Shown: positions 20,891 through 31,414 of the stretch, one piece after another
Position numbering within the stretch: position 1 is the first letter of the stretch
Layout: the number at the start of each line of letters is the position of its first letter
DNA from: Nematocida ausubeli
Lineage: Eukaryota
Assembly: GCF_000738915.1 (NCBI RefSeq)
Contig: NW_026515636.1
Coordinates: forward strand, 273,175 to 337,174
DNA length: 64,000 nt
Reading direction: 5' to 3'
Made by a program: the position numbers and the translations under genes
Notes under the pieces: generated by a model
The model's input: only the letters and a program-made list of their open reading frames with translations
Told to the model about the DNA's origin: nothing
Database searches by the model: none

Positions 20891-21117
20891 TATGTCTCTA
20901 GTGTATTTATTAACTCTGTTATTTCTGCAACTGTAATATCGCATAATAAAGCAGAATAGTTTATATTTGGTATATAATTTGATCTATTGCCTATTAAGCT
21001 TATAGTATATGTAGTATTACATGTGTTATTATGTATATTATTAGTATATGCTGTAGGAATATTCTGGTTATAAGATACTGAAGGGAGAAGTCTCTTAGGG
21101 GGAAGCCATTTATTCAT
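20890..21117 (-). CDS. small hypothetical protein (75 aa, MNKWLPPKRLLPSV...)
   Basis: Unique sequence between inverted arrays; start context TTTTTTTATTATTCCAC-ATG resembles that of the genes at 45263 and 49605. Confidence 0.55.
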   Translation of the reverse strand: MNKWLPPKRLLPSVSYNQNIPTAYTNNIHNNTCNTTYTISLIGNRSNYIPNINYSALLCDITVAEITELINTLET

Positions 21118-21139
21118 GTGGAATAATAAAAAAATATAT

Positions 21140-21452
21140 GGCAAGACTTATTACGCAGGTGGATTAAGTCTTGGATATTTAGGCAGGACTTATGGCACTA
21201 GTGGAATAAGTAATGGATATGTGTTAGAGTTAGTAAGGATATGCAGGACTTATGGTACTAGTGGAATAAGTCTTGATAGGATTGACAGGACTTATGATGT
21301 GGGTGTAAAAAGTCTTGAATGTTTTATATGTGGATTAAATTCTGGATATACTTATGACAAGACTATTTCCACTCTATTCCGAAAATGACAAGACTTAATC
21401 CACTTTATCCCGAAGCTGACAAAACTTTTTACATATAGTGTACTAAGTCTTG
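21140..21452. repeat. palindromic-unit array (G-rich) followed by reverse monomers; right edge of repeat domain 1
   Basis: GCAGGACTTATGG(C/T)ACTAGTGGAATAAG twice; GACAAGACTTAATCCAC near 21387. Confidence 0.8.
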
Positions 21453-21612
21453 CAAAAATATTCATGACTTATGGCCGATTTGATCTGTAAAAATATTTAT
21501 TTTGAAAGCTTTTATTTTAAAAATGAATAATAATGCAAAGATAAGAGAAGAGTATGAAATAATGAAATACTCAAGAAGAAAAGAATCAATTAAGACCAAA
21601 TATCCACATAAA

Positions 21613-23724
21613 ATGAAGTTTTCAATGATTCTTGCAATTATGACACACTGCCATGTACTTTTCGCACTGCCCTTTAAGAATATTAAGTTCTTATGTGAAG
21701 AAATCATTCATGAGACAAGTGACAGCATTGTGAAACTGAATGAAGAGGGTCCACTAAACCCACTGTGGGCATATTTAAGCAATGCATGCTACAGTTTAAA
21801 CAAAACACTCATGCACAGACCACTCTTAGACCTAAAAAAATCAGAAGAAATAATTCTGGCAAAGCTAGTGGTTGACACCAAGATAAGCATACCCCAATTA
21901 TATCCCACAGAGCCAGACCATATTAAATTCAAGGAAAACTTCTTTCTGGTTGAAAATACTAATAGATATGGGACATCCTCTAATGATGGATTTAAAGTAT
22001 TCCTGGAATACCATAAGAATACGCATATATATTACCATACCCTTCTGGCATCGTTATTTTTAATCGCACAAGGTGCTGATCTATCTTTAAAATTAGACGA
22101 AAAGACACTTATATTGCAGCTACCTTCACTAGAATGTAATACACTGCATACAAAGACATATGCATTCTCTGTTAATCTTAATACGCATGCACCACAGGAA
22201 CATACGTATATTAATATGCCTACTTGTTATAACCATGTGAAATATATTCTTAATAAGTTCTTCTTGCATACGGTAGACCAAGAGACTGAAAATAGTGTGG
22301 ATATGGGTGCGGATTATACTGAGCACAGAGTAAGGTATGGGGATTTCCATAAAAGTACGATATGGTACATGCAGCAATATATCTATCAAACAATGAATAG
22401 TTTGAGTGAAATAAAAGCTTTCATTCAGAGAGTGCACAAAATACTATCTGAACAGATTAAAATCACACAATCATCAAAATTAAAGAATATTTATGACAAT
22501 CTGTTTTGTGTATGCGAGAAAAACGCATCCATAAAAACCACATACACAGAATATGTGCACACACTGTATATGGGGCTTAATCTGGCAAAGCACCAGATGC
22601 TGCCAATTTACTTTGATGAATCTTTCCCTGCTCCGGGCTATATCCCGCTTTATGACAAGGCCCAGGGCAAGCACGCAAATAATTCGAATTCTTTCTTTAG
22701 TAATACCACAGAAACCACTATAATGAATATATTCTTGTGCCTGCTGTATAATCTGGCGGAAAAGAGATATACTATAGAGCATATGCCCAATGCGTCATAC
22801 GAATTTAAAAAATTCTTTAGTGTATACTTTCTGCACAGTAGTATTTTATGTGAACATTCTAGCCTAGAGAGTGAAACTTCTAGTATATACAGTGACTATT
22901 CGTCTGAGGGTGAATTTATTCCTGTTACCATGGAGATAGGCGCAGATGATGGGATAGAATCATATGCATGTAATGAGACTATGCCAAGCAGTTCTGAGAG
23001 GAATTTACCTGAGGAAAATAGTAATTATGAGCACATGAATAGTGAAAATTCGTATACAACTACAAAAATATCTAATGAAGTGCATAAGGACTGGAATATG
23101 GTTGTTGCAGGCTTAAATATCCCTGGGTCTGCATATGTGGGAGAGAAGAAGAATCAGATTAAGTCGGATATTTTATCGATTATTTTGGTTATTATGGATG
23201 TAACGGGACAGCCTGCATCTGTGAAGAATCAATTCAGTGCGATTTTCTGTGAAATAGAAAGAACATCAAAGGACAAAAGAGACTGTGCTGAGTATTATCT
23301 TAGACTAGAGAGTCTCTTGGTTGATATTTTTTCTTCTATTCTTGCTAACTTTTCGCTTAATTCGAATAAGTATAGCCTGAAAGACTATATGCACATGGAG
23401 GTGAAACTTTCAGATATTTCAGTGGTGCTAAAGGATGGCTGCATTTTACAAATAACAGGGAATATAGGAATATACTATAGGCTTGGGGATTTAAATGTAG
23501 CAATACAGATAAGCGTGATGAATAATACATCCAGAGTCAGTATTAAGGAGACTCCTAGACTTTTTTCATATCAAATACTACGATTTAGTATGCTCTTCTT
23601 AGAAGACAAATACTTAACGGATTTACAGCATAAAGACGAGTGTAAAATAATCCAGGTTTACACTAAGTTGGAAATCATGAATTTGCATCGGTTTCTAACA
23701 TCCAAGGAATATTTTTTATCCTAA
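21613..23724 (+). CDS. Nematocida large gene family (NemLGF1-like) secreted protein, divergent and shorter than its paralogues
   Basis: Signal-peptide-like MKFSMILAIMTHCHVLFA; LNEEGPLNPL, LLASLFLIAQG, FSNTTETTIMNIFLCLLYN and WNMVVAGL motifs shared with paralogues in the window. Confidence 0.75.
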   Translation: MKFSMILAIMTHCHVLFALPFKNIKFLCEEIIHETSDSIVKLNEEGPLNPLWAYLSNACYSLNKTLMHRPLLDLKKSEEIILAKLVVDTKISIPQLYPTEPDHIKFKENFFLVENTNRYGTSSNDGFKVFLEYHKNTHIYYHTLLASLFLIAQGADLSLKLDEKTLILQLPSLECNTLHTKTYAFSVNLNTHAPQEHTYINMPTCYNHVKYILNKFFLHTVDQETENSVDMGADYTEHRVRYGDFHKSTIWYMQQYIYQTMNSLSEIKAFIQRVHKILSEQIKITQSSKLKNIYDNLFCVCEKNASIKTTYTEYVHTLYMGLNLAKHQMLPIYFDESFPAPGYIPLYDKAQGKHANNSNSFFSNTTETTIMNIFLCLLYNLAEKRYTIEHMPNASYEFKKFFSVYFLHSSILCEHSSLESETSSIYSDYSSEGEFIPVTMEIGADDGIESYACNETMPSSSERNLPEENSNYEHMNSENSYTTTKISNEVHKDWNMVVAGLNIPGSAYVGEKKNQIKSDILSIILVIMDVTGQPASVKNQFSAIFCEIERTSKDKRDCAEYYLRLESLLVDIFSSILANFSLNSNKYSLKDYMHMEVKLSDISVVLKDGCILQITGNIGIYYRLGDLNVAIQISVMNNTSRVSIKETPRLFSYQILRFSMLFLEDKYLTDLQHKDECKIIQVYTKLEIMNLHRFLTSKEYFLS

Positions 23725-23860
23725 ACGTGCTGAATAACTTGAATGCATGGCGTATGCATCATCTACAGGACATTTTATGGCTAGAAATAAATTTGGGTTT
23801 ATTTTCATGGAATTTATTTGGGTTAAGCTGGTCTAAGCTTTTTTTGGTTGGGTAGCCTCT

Positions 23861-24985
23861 TTACCACTCTACTAAATAATTTCTTTTTTCCTTTGACTTT
23901 TTGTAGCACCCGAATGCTCTGGTCTCTTTGATCATGGAAGGATCAACTTGCACTGCTTCCTGTGACAAAGAATCTTGCATTATTTCCATGTATAATTGAC
24001 TATTTACAACAGAGCTTTGGGATGGCCCAAATAAGCATCCTCCTATGCACATATTCATCTCTATGTACAAATACTCTAAGAGAACAGATGGGTTCTTTTT
24101 GACTTTTGAGATGAAAGAAATAATTCTGCTGCTCCCGAATAGCTGCAGAACTTTTTTATTCTCTTTTGGGAGGAGGAATTCAATGTGCTTTGGAATCTTT
24201 TTTATTACTTCCAGTGAGTCAGAAGTATTTTCTGCTTTTAGCAAATATGCAAGTACTCCTTCAAAAACCCCACCAGAAGTTGATCCATCTAATATCCTTG
24301 CTACACTATATTTACGCTCAAATTCTGAATATTCTTCATTATTTTGCTTGAATTCATTCTGAGCTTCTAAATCATTTTTATCCTCCCAGGCTTCCTTCAG
24401 AAAGTGATCGTAGAACTCTTTAGTGGTAATTGCATATTTTATGCAAGAATTCTTCTTTGCTTCGATTCTCTTATCTTTACACATAACTATAGATACATTC
24501 GGGTTGTCATTGTAGATCGCATTAACGTATTTACTTGATAATTCCACTGGAGACAGATTATTACTGAGTTTTATATCTGCGCCCAGCGTATTCACTAGAT
24601 ATAAAACAGTTCCTGGGCATATTGTACTTATAATTGGGGCACTTTTGTCGCCCTCCAGAGCACTTCTTGATACTAGGTCTATTTCCTTCTGCAATAATAG
24701 TTTGCTTCCTACAGTACTGTCTATCACTATATTCTTATACTTAGCCAAGTACTTAACCAATGCATATTCAAACTCCCTAAATGTTTTATTCTTCTTTGCG
24801 CTGTGTGTGACAAATAGTGACATTTTGGCCTGTGGTGTTATAATTATATTTACGCCTCCATTTTTAATCATTTCAATTGCTGCTTTGTACTCTGACTCTG
24901 ACTCATCTGTGATCGATACGCAGCCAGCACATGAAAGACAGTCTGTCAGAGTGATACTTTCAGATGTAACTGGTCTATCGCACAT
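23861..24985 (-). CDS. NAR1: Cytosolic Fe-S cluster assembly factor Nar1 (hydrogenase-like)
   Basis: LTDCLSCAGCV, ICPG, VMCKDKRIEA, EMNMCIGGCLFG and C-terminal Trp. Confidence 0.9.
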   Translation of the reverse strand: MCDRPVTSESITLTDCLSCAGCVSITDESESEYKAAIEMIKNGGVNIIITPQAKMSLFVTHSAKKNKTFREFEYALVKYLAKYKNIVIDSTVGSKLLLQKEIDLVSRSALEGDKSAPIISTICPGTVLYLVNTLGADIKLSNNLSPVELSSKYVNAIYNDNPNVSIVMCKDKRIEAKKNSCIKYAITTKEFYDHFLKEAWEDKNDLEAQNEFKQNNEEYSEFERKYSVARILDGSTSGGVFEGVLAYLLKAENTSDSLEVIKKIPKHIEFLLPKENKKVLQLFGSSRIISFISKVKKNPSVLLEYLYIEMNMCIGGCLFGPSQSSVVNSQLYMEIMQDSLSQEAVQVDPSMIKETRAFGCYKKSKEKRNYLVEW

Positions 24986-25136
24986 ACGCTAAAAAATAAA
25001 ATACTTTTCTGTTTTATTTATATTCTGGTTGATTTTTGCACTTGCAGTTTAGCGTATACTCTTGGGTATTTGAAACAAATGGTATTCCTGAATAAGTCTG
25101 TAAACCTAGCATGATCTATTTCTTTATTTCACTATT

Positions 25137-26117
25137 TTACGGACAGGCCTTTGGTCCCTTCATGCATCTCTTTATGGGCTCATTTGTCTCTTTATATCTC
25201 AAGTACCAATCAAAATTAAAGTCGTACACGAAGTTGTTTTGGATCATGGCATTGCTGAATATGCGCTTAATGTACAAATAATCTGGCATTTCATCATAGT
25301 CTAACCGCCTGGTGTATTCTAAAAATTCATGGAATGCAGGGTCTATTCCGCTGCACAATTTATCTATTCCTATTGTTTGCTTTATCATTCCTATTATTCC
25401 GTACCGCATCTCCTTTGTTTCTGACTTGACGCTCTGCCAGGGAAGCTTTCCCTTCATGAAGTATATCAGCATGTATGCCAAAGACTCCAAGTCGTCCCGC
25501 CTGCTTTGGTTTATTCCATTGTGCGTGTGCAGCGAGACATACCTTACAGTTCCCAGCAGCTTGTTTTTCGTGGTCATTGGCTTGTGCGTGTAATTTGACG
25601 TACGGTATACATACGCCAAGCCAAAGTCCACTATAAAGAAGGCGTTCTTGGACAGGGACTCGCCTAATTCCTTGCTGTCCCCGGATATCCCAAACAGAAA
25701 GTTATCTGGCTTTATATCTCTATGCACTATGTGCTTATAATGCAGGAATTCTATTCGGGTTATGAGCATCTCTGCGAGCATAAGAACTGTTTTCAGGGAG
25801 AACTTTCTTTCGCAGTAGTTAAAAAGAGACTCGAGAGAAGGCCCTAGCAGATCCATCACTAAGAAGGACCTCTTTGTGTCTGACATGTTCAGAGTGCCTG
25901 ACTGGTAAATTGCAGGAATATAATTACTGTCCGTCTTGAGCATCTTATAGATACACTTCTCATATGACAATTGGGAGGATCCTGGCTTCTTTTCTATTTT
26001 TATTGCCACTTTTTTCCCGGTCTCTTGGCACTCTCCTTCGTAGATATCTCCAAAGGCACCGGATCCTATTTTGCCCAGGATTTTATACTTTCCAATGAGA
26101 ACACTCTTTAAGTTCAT
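25137..26117 (-). CDS. Casein kinase I (Hrr25-like)
   Basis: KIGSGAFG, LLGPSLESLF, HRDIKPDNF, DFGLA, SRRDDLESL, LPWQ. Confidence 0.96.
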   Translation of the reverse strand: MNLKSVLIGKYKILGKIGSGAFGDIYEGECQETGKKVAIKIEKKPGSSQLSYEKCIYKMLKTDSNYIPAIYQSGTLNMSDTKRSFLVMDLLGPSLESLFNYCERKFSLKTVLMLAEMLITRIEFLHYKHIVHRDIKPDNFLFGISGDSKELGESLSKNAFFIVDFGLAYVYRTSNYTHKPMTTKNKLLGTVRYVSLHTHNGINQSRRDDLESLAYMLIYFMKGKLPWQSVKSETKEMRYGIIGMIKQTIGIDKLCSGIDPAFHEFLEYTRRLDYDEMPDYLYIKRIFSNAMIQNNFVYDFNFDWYLRYKETNEPIKRCMKGPKACP

Positions 26118-26522
26118 GCATGCAAATAAAAAAGAAAAGAAAAATAAAGAAAAATATCATACTCCTGTAATTATAAGGTTATATCAGGCTGTATATTCAG
26201 GCTATCTTGTTATTAAACAGCACAGCATATATTACTACAAGAAATACTCCCGTGTACATCCCAGATAAATTATCTGAAATTATAATATAATTCATGTTGT
26301 ATACACGCCTGTGCAATATGAGGAGCCCTAATTAAACAATTCAGATATAACTCGGACTACGCCTAGGGTATACCGCATACTAAACAGTAAGCAGTAAATG
26401 GATATTCTATTACCGGCCTCATTAAAGTGAAGTGATGTGACTTTGCAATCTATTCGTACCGTATTTATTGCGAGTGTATAGAACACAGTGTACTTATATT
26501 TCTAAATATTTTAAATTTAATA

Positions 26523-28169
26523 ATGCTGCGCGAGAGACAGGTGCAAGGACTCACGGCCCTTTTGCAGGGTGACTCTTTTGAGTGGTCTGCCTTGGTGCTG
26601 GACAAGGAGGGGCAGGACATAATATCCCCTTTATTTGTTATGTCTGACTTGATGGAAATGGGAATAGTGCAGTGCTTGAAAATGGAAGATAAGCGTGTGG
26701 AACTTCCTGGAATACGCGTGGTATACTTTGTAGAAGCAACAGAGCAGAACACAGGCAGCATACTGCAGGATATAGAGGATGACTTATATGAAAGAATAGA
26801 AATAATCTTTACTGGAATAATAAGCACCTCCCTTTTAAAGGACTTCTCCTTGAAGGTGGCTGCACTAAAACAAGCAAACAGGATAACCCGAATAACTGAT
26901 GCAATTACAACTATTTCCCTGTTGCACGAGGACATCTACTCATTGAATATGGACAAGTCCTATGTAAGAACGACTAGAATATCGCAGGAGATATTGAAGG
27001 ACCAAGCTGTGGTAGAAAGGACAATGGAAGAGCATAACCAGGCCCTTGCAAAGGAAAAGAAGCCTAGCGCAGATGACTCAGCAGAGAATGACTCACTCTA
27101 CTACGAACATATTGTTATGGGGCTCTGTTCTGTCTTTAAAGACACAGAAATTCCTGCAATATACTACAATGACCCAGTTGCCCAGAGAGTCTCAACAGAG
27201 CTAGTGGATAAGCTGTCTGATATCTCAGAGGTTCACCAGAGGCAAACAACCAGCAAGACAAAGAGAAGAAAAAAGCCACTTCTTATAGTTCTATCCAGAG
27301 ATGAAGATCTAGTTGGTCCAATGTACCACACAAATCTGTATGGGTCAGTTCTTAACGAAGTATTTGAATTTTCCATGAATAAGCTTGTGATTTCAGATCC
27401 TATAAACAAGCAGGACTTAATAGACAACGCATCATACAATCTGAACAAGCATGACAGCTTCTATAATAAAAACATAAATGAACCATTTCTCTCTGTCCTG
27501 GATATAGTAAATGGCGAGCTGCAGAACTACAAAGACTCTTCGCACACTGCATCGATAAATATGAGCTCAGATAATGATAAGATGATAAGGTCCTTGGTAA
27601 AGCTGCCAGGCCTCCTAAATAACAACAAGCTGCTGTATAACCATATGAACATTGTACTGAATGCAATAAAGGTAATACAAAAGAAGCACTTGGACGAGCT
27701 ATTCCTAATAGAAGAAGGAAATGCATTGGACCTGCCAGAAATAGAAGAGATAATAGATAAGATTGACAGGAATGATGTGATACGATTGAATATAGTTGTT
27801 TTTAGCAAATTCAGCAGGCAGTTTAACGAAGTGTCAAAGTTGTCAGAGAAGCACCTTAAAAACGATAAAATAGTAAACTATGTGAAGAACCGCACCGTGC
27901 AGCAGAGCACAAAAGGGAAAATACTTCATAATTTAAAGAAAATGATTGGAGTGCAGAAGGATGGAATTATCAGAAGGGTGCATGAAGTGTTTTCTAGGCA
28001 GACAGAGGAGTACTCTTCTGTTAATGTATTTATCATAGGAGGAGGCACGTATGATGAATATAAATCTGTATTAGACTTTGGACGGGCAAATAAGATAGAT
28101 GTGACATACGGGAGCACAGAAATACTCTCTGCATATGAGCTAATGGCTCAGATTGAGGAGATTGAATAA
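26523..28169 (+). CDS. SLY1: Sec1/Munc18-family protein Sly1
   Basis: WSALVLDKEGQDIISPL, VYFVEATEQN, VFIIGGGTYDEY, YGSTEILS. Confidence 0.85.
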   Translation: MLRERQVQGLTALLQGDSFEWSALVLDKEGQDIISPLFVMSDLMEMGIVQCLKMEDKRVELPGIRVVYFVEATEQNTGSILQDIEDDLYERIEIIFTGIISTSLLKDFSLKVAALKQANRITRITDAITTISLLHEDIYSLNMDKSYVRTTRISQEILKDQAVVERTMEEHNQALAKEKKPSADDSAENDSLYYEHIVMGLCSVFKDTEIPAIYYNDPVAQRVSTELVDKLSDISEVHQRQTTSKTKRRKKPLLIVLSRDEDLVGPMYHTNLYGSVLNEVFEFSMNKLVISDPINKQDLIDNASYNLNKHDSFYNKNINEPFLSVLDIVNGELQNYKDSSHTASINMSSDNDKMIRSLVKLPGLLNNNKLLYNHMNIVLNAIKVIQKKHLDELFLIEEGNALDLPEIEEIIDKIDRNDVIRLNIVVFSKFSRQFNEVSKLSEKHLKNDKIVNYVKNRTVQQSTKGKILHNLKKMIGVQKDGIIRRVHEVFSRQTEEYSSVNVFIIGGGTYDEYKSVLDFGRANKIDVTYGSTEILSAYELMAQIEEIE

Positions 28170-28522
28170 ATTCATTTGTCTATTTCTTACATGCAGGCTT
28201 GTTATATTAAGATATTTTTATTTTGGCATGCACTGCTATTTATGTTTGCCATTGAATGATAAAGCCGCTGTCTAATTGGCGATCTTCTGCAGAAGAAGCA
28301 CCCACAGTAGAATTATAGCTGTATACTGGAAATGTAAAACAAAATGCAATTTGTGAAGAGGAAAAGGATCAATGATCCTTCTTTTTCTAAAAGAAGCTAT
28401 CTCGATTGGGATACTTCTCTTTCTGCACAGCTTTCTGCTATATGCCACATAATAACCGTGCAGCACGCGGCGCCCGCTAAGAAGATCAGACAAGACATCA
28501 CATAAACTCTGCTTTATTTAAC

Positions 28523-30151
28523 CTAAATTGACGATTCGTTGAAGAATATTTCTTCAAAGTTCCTTCCTGTCTCCTCGCATATTTTCTTAACCTTGGTCAC
28601 TATCTCAGAAATCTCTTTTCTTATTTCAATGTGTGCTTTTCTGTAGGTTTCTCTCATCTTCTCCAGGTCTTCTCTTTCCTTTCTAAGTGTTCGTGTGAGA
28701 TCTGTAAACTCATTCACTTTCAAGTCAATTCTTTTCATTTCGCTTTCTACAAGCAGCTCTAGAAGCCTTTCTTTCTTTCCTTCTTCTAAGGCTTTCTGCT
28801 CCGTTGCTCTTCCAATTGACGAGCTTAAAGAAACTGCTGCTATTTCATTTAGTCTATCATTCAGCCAAGAATGATTTTCATCTTTGTTTAGCTTGGACAG
28901 CCTTTGTATCTCACCTGCTGCTGCTTTGGCAGCCACCGACGCAACCCCTGGGTGGACTGCACTTGCTAGAAATGCCACTGTTGCCATGACAGGATTTAGC
29001 GTGTAATTAAACGGCATTCTATTCTCTGCAAAGGAGATTGCTTCCATTTCTAGGAAAGGATCTTGTATCCCCATCTTTAAGAAGTGCAGAACGCATTGCT
29101 CCAGAGTTTTTGTCTTTACATAATCAGAGACTGCCTTCCAATCATCTTTATACATCTCAATGCCTTCAACTAGAAGCATTTCTTCCTTCTCTGACCAGAC
29201 CTGCCTGATTAGTCCTGCCTCCAAGATATGGAAGTTGGAATATGTCTGGTTTACTGCATACTTTCCCTGGTTAAAGCAGTCTGTACATAATACTAGGCGG
29301 TCTGTCTCCGAGAAGTAAATCTTCTCTTCTTCTGATAAAATGTGCATATTTTTGCTGCACGATGTGCACATCATCTCAACTGGTATCTGTGCAGGCGTCA
29401 CTCCGCTGGTCTGCAGACTAAAGTGCTTGGATGGGTCTCTCAGCATGTCTGTTGGGCCTTTCTGCAGACTAGCTGTGCCTGATATTTGTGGAATGGTTGA
29501 CTCCCCCACAACAGAATAGCTGGGACTATCTGATGTTTTGCGCGCATCAGATGGATTTTCGCTTTCTGGTAGGTCTTTTGAGGATTCTGTGGTGTGTTCA
29601 GTCTGACTCGCCTGTGCTGCGCTTCCTTTCTTTATATCAAAGAGGTCTTTCTCTTTCATCTTCTCAAGCATGCGGTTTATGTCTCTTTTCACGCCTATTT
29701 TATAATTAATTAGCCCCCAGTGCTCCAAGAACGAATATATTCGGATGAGTGTAGAAATATCCTCTGAAATGCACTTTCTGCACTGGGTTATGCTTAGGTA
29801 CACCGAAGTGTTCTTTTGGTACAGCTTAAATATGGTGTTTCTTGTTGAAATGTACTTTTGCACTTCTTCTTGGCCTGTTAGAAGGGAAGAGAAGAATCTT
29901 CTCTCAATTGGATGGACTTCTTCTGTTGAAAACCAGGCAGAATGAAGAGGCACTAAGACTGGCTCAGCCTGCTGGTCTGAATACTCTAGCCTCTTAAAGA
30001 GCTCTGGGTACTCTGTCTCTAAGGTTTTATTTGGTATTTCTTGCTGGTCCGGCTGGCAGGATATATTTACTACCTTCTTATCTATATCTGCTGATACTTT
30101 TGTCTTACTATTCGCTGCTACTTTATCTACTTTATACGACCACTCATTCAT
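28523..30151 (-). CDS. SWI/SNF-RSC subunit Rsc8/Swi3/SMARCC (SWIRM, ZZ-like, SANT, coiled coil)
   Basis: SAWFSTEEVHPIERRFF...FLEHWGLINY; WSEKEEMLLVEGIEMYKDDW...CVLHF; NPVMATVAFLAS; first ATG at 30151. Confidence 0.93.
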   Translation of the reverse strand: MNEWSYKVDKVAANSKTKVSADIDKKVVNISCQPDQQEIPNKTLETEYPELFKRLEYSDQQAEPVLVPLHSAWFSTEEVHPIERRFFSSLLTGQEEVQKYISTRNTIFKLYQKNTSVYLSITQCRKCISEDISTLIRIYSFLEHWGLINYKIGVKRDINRMLEKMKEKDLFDIKKGSAAQASQTEHTTESSKDLPESENPSDARKTSDSPSYSVVGESTIPQISGTASLQKGPTDMLRDPSKHFSLQTSGVTPAQIPVEMMCTSCSKNMHILSEEEKIYFSETDRLVLCTDCFNQGKYAVNQTYSNFHILEAGLIRQVWSEKEEMLLVEGIEMYKDDWKAVSDYVKTKTLEQCVLHFLKMGIQDPFLEMEAISFAENRMPFNYTLNPVMATVAFLASAVHPGVASVAAKAAAGEIQRLSKLNKDENHSWLNDRLNEIAAVSLSSSIGRATEQKALEEGKKERLLELLVESEMKRIDLKVNEFTDLTRTLRKEREDLEKMRETYRKAHIEIRKEISEIVTKVKKICEETGRNFEEIFFNESSI

Positions 30152-30799
30152 ACATAAAAAATTTATTACTTTTTTATATGCAATGTGCAATAAGCTATAG
30201 CTAGGTTTATTAACAAGCTGACCTTAATATCTATTGCTAGAGAATACACAGCAGGCCATACCCCTATGTTTATTTACTGTCTTGCCTTATTAGACATGCT
30301 TGATAAGTATTGACATTCTGCATGTGTTGATAGTAATTCTTAATCTTTAATTAACTCTTACAAATTCTTATTAGCCACTTAGCAATGGCTTATTTATTTC
30401 TTTAAATACATATTATGATAAAGCAACAGGGTTTTGTGTTCTCAAAGGCATTTCACAAAAAGATTCTCCTCAAGAGCTTAGTAAATTTTTCTTACTTATA
30501 TTGAAGTTCCCCTTTTTAAACTAGGCTTTTCCATGCATGCTAGTTATTCAATGAAAACACATCATTCAAACGTGCGCACAATCTAGCTTGTTTTATTGCT
30601 TTGTGTAAATAGTATACTATAATTCAAAATAACATTGGTTGCTAAGCATACTGAATAGAAGTTTATCCAAAACAGATGCTAATATAACATTTGCAATTAA
30701 AATATTCCGTTTGTTGTTCTACTAGTTAAGCTACATTTCTTTTTTATAAATACTGCAATATATGCATAGTTCTTAATTGTTCTTTCTGTCAAAGACCAA

Positions 30800-31060
30800 T
30801 CTAGCACTCTCTTTTTGTTCTTTTTATATTCCTTCTTTCCTATCTAGTATATCTGTTAAACCCCTCTCTTCCCTATCAGTGTATGCATGGTTCTCTAGAA
30901 TGTGCTGCTTTTCTGATTTTCCTGTGCTTTCTCCTTTTTTTACAAGTAATATACATTCTCTTTTTATATTTATATATAGAGTATGGAAGAGATATTTTTT
31001 GCCAATATAGAAAAGTAAAGAAAAGGAAAAATAAGCATAAAAATAGGACAGAAGTAGTGG
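30800..31060 (+). repeat. conserved non-coding element, copy 1
   Basis: Colinear with 41039-41329; ~60-bp core CCCTATCAGTGTATGCATGGTTCTCTAGAATGTGCTGCTTTTCTGATTTTCCTGTGCTTT is identical. Confidence 0.85.
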
Positions 31061-31414
31061 CCTCTACAATCTTCTACTTGTTGCAGATAACTATTTGAGC
31101 ATATGTCTAAGCCATCGCCATGGATTTTGAGTGATTCTGCTAAGACCATTTTACTATGAACACTCCTGCAGTAATAGACAATTATTCATGATTAGACAAA
31201 TAAAGACAGGATCCTAGACTTCAAAGTAGTGTCCAGTTTAAACACTGCAAAATTGCAGAGTATGTATATATTAAAGCCAATCCGAAAATAGCTGATTTAG
31301 TACTAAAATGGAAATAACTTAGAAAGAGCTTTTATTGCAACTTATAAAAAACTCTAGTTAAAGAGTTGTCTAAGTGAACGCATCTCAAGAAGCAATGTGG
31401 TTTATCCTATATGT

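Noticed and set aside
11200..21452. CRISPR-like appearance of regularly spaced palindromic repeats
   Set aside because: Eukaryotic context, degenerate repeats, spacers that are themselves repetitive, and no cas genes
30777..31010. ORFs sharing SLSVYAWFSRMCCFSDFPVL (also 41001-41384)
   Set aside because: Starts and lengths differ and the flanks carry indels; better explained as DNA-level conservation of the non-coding element
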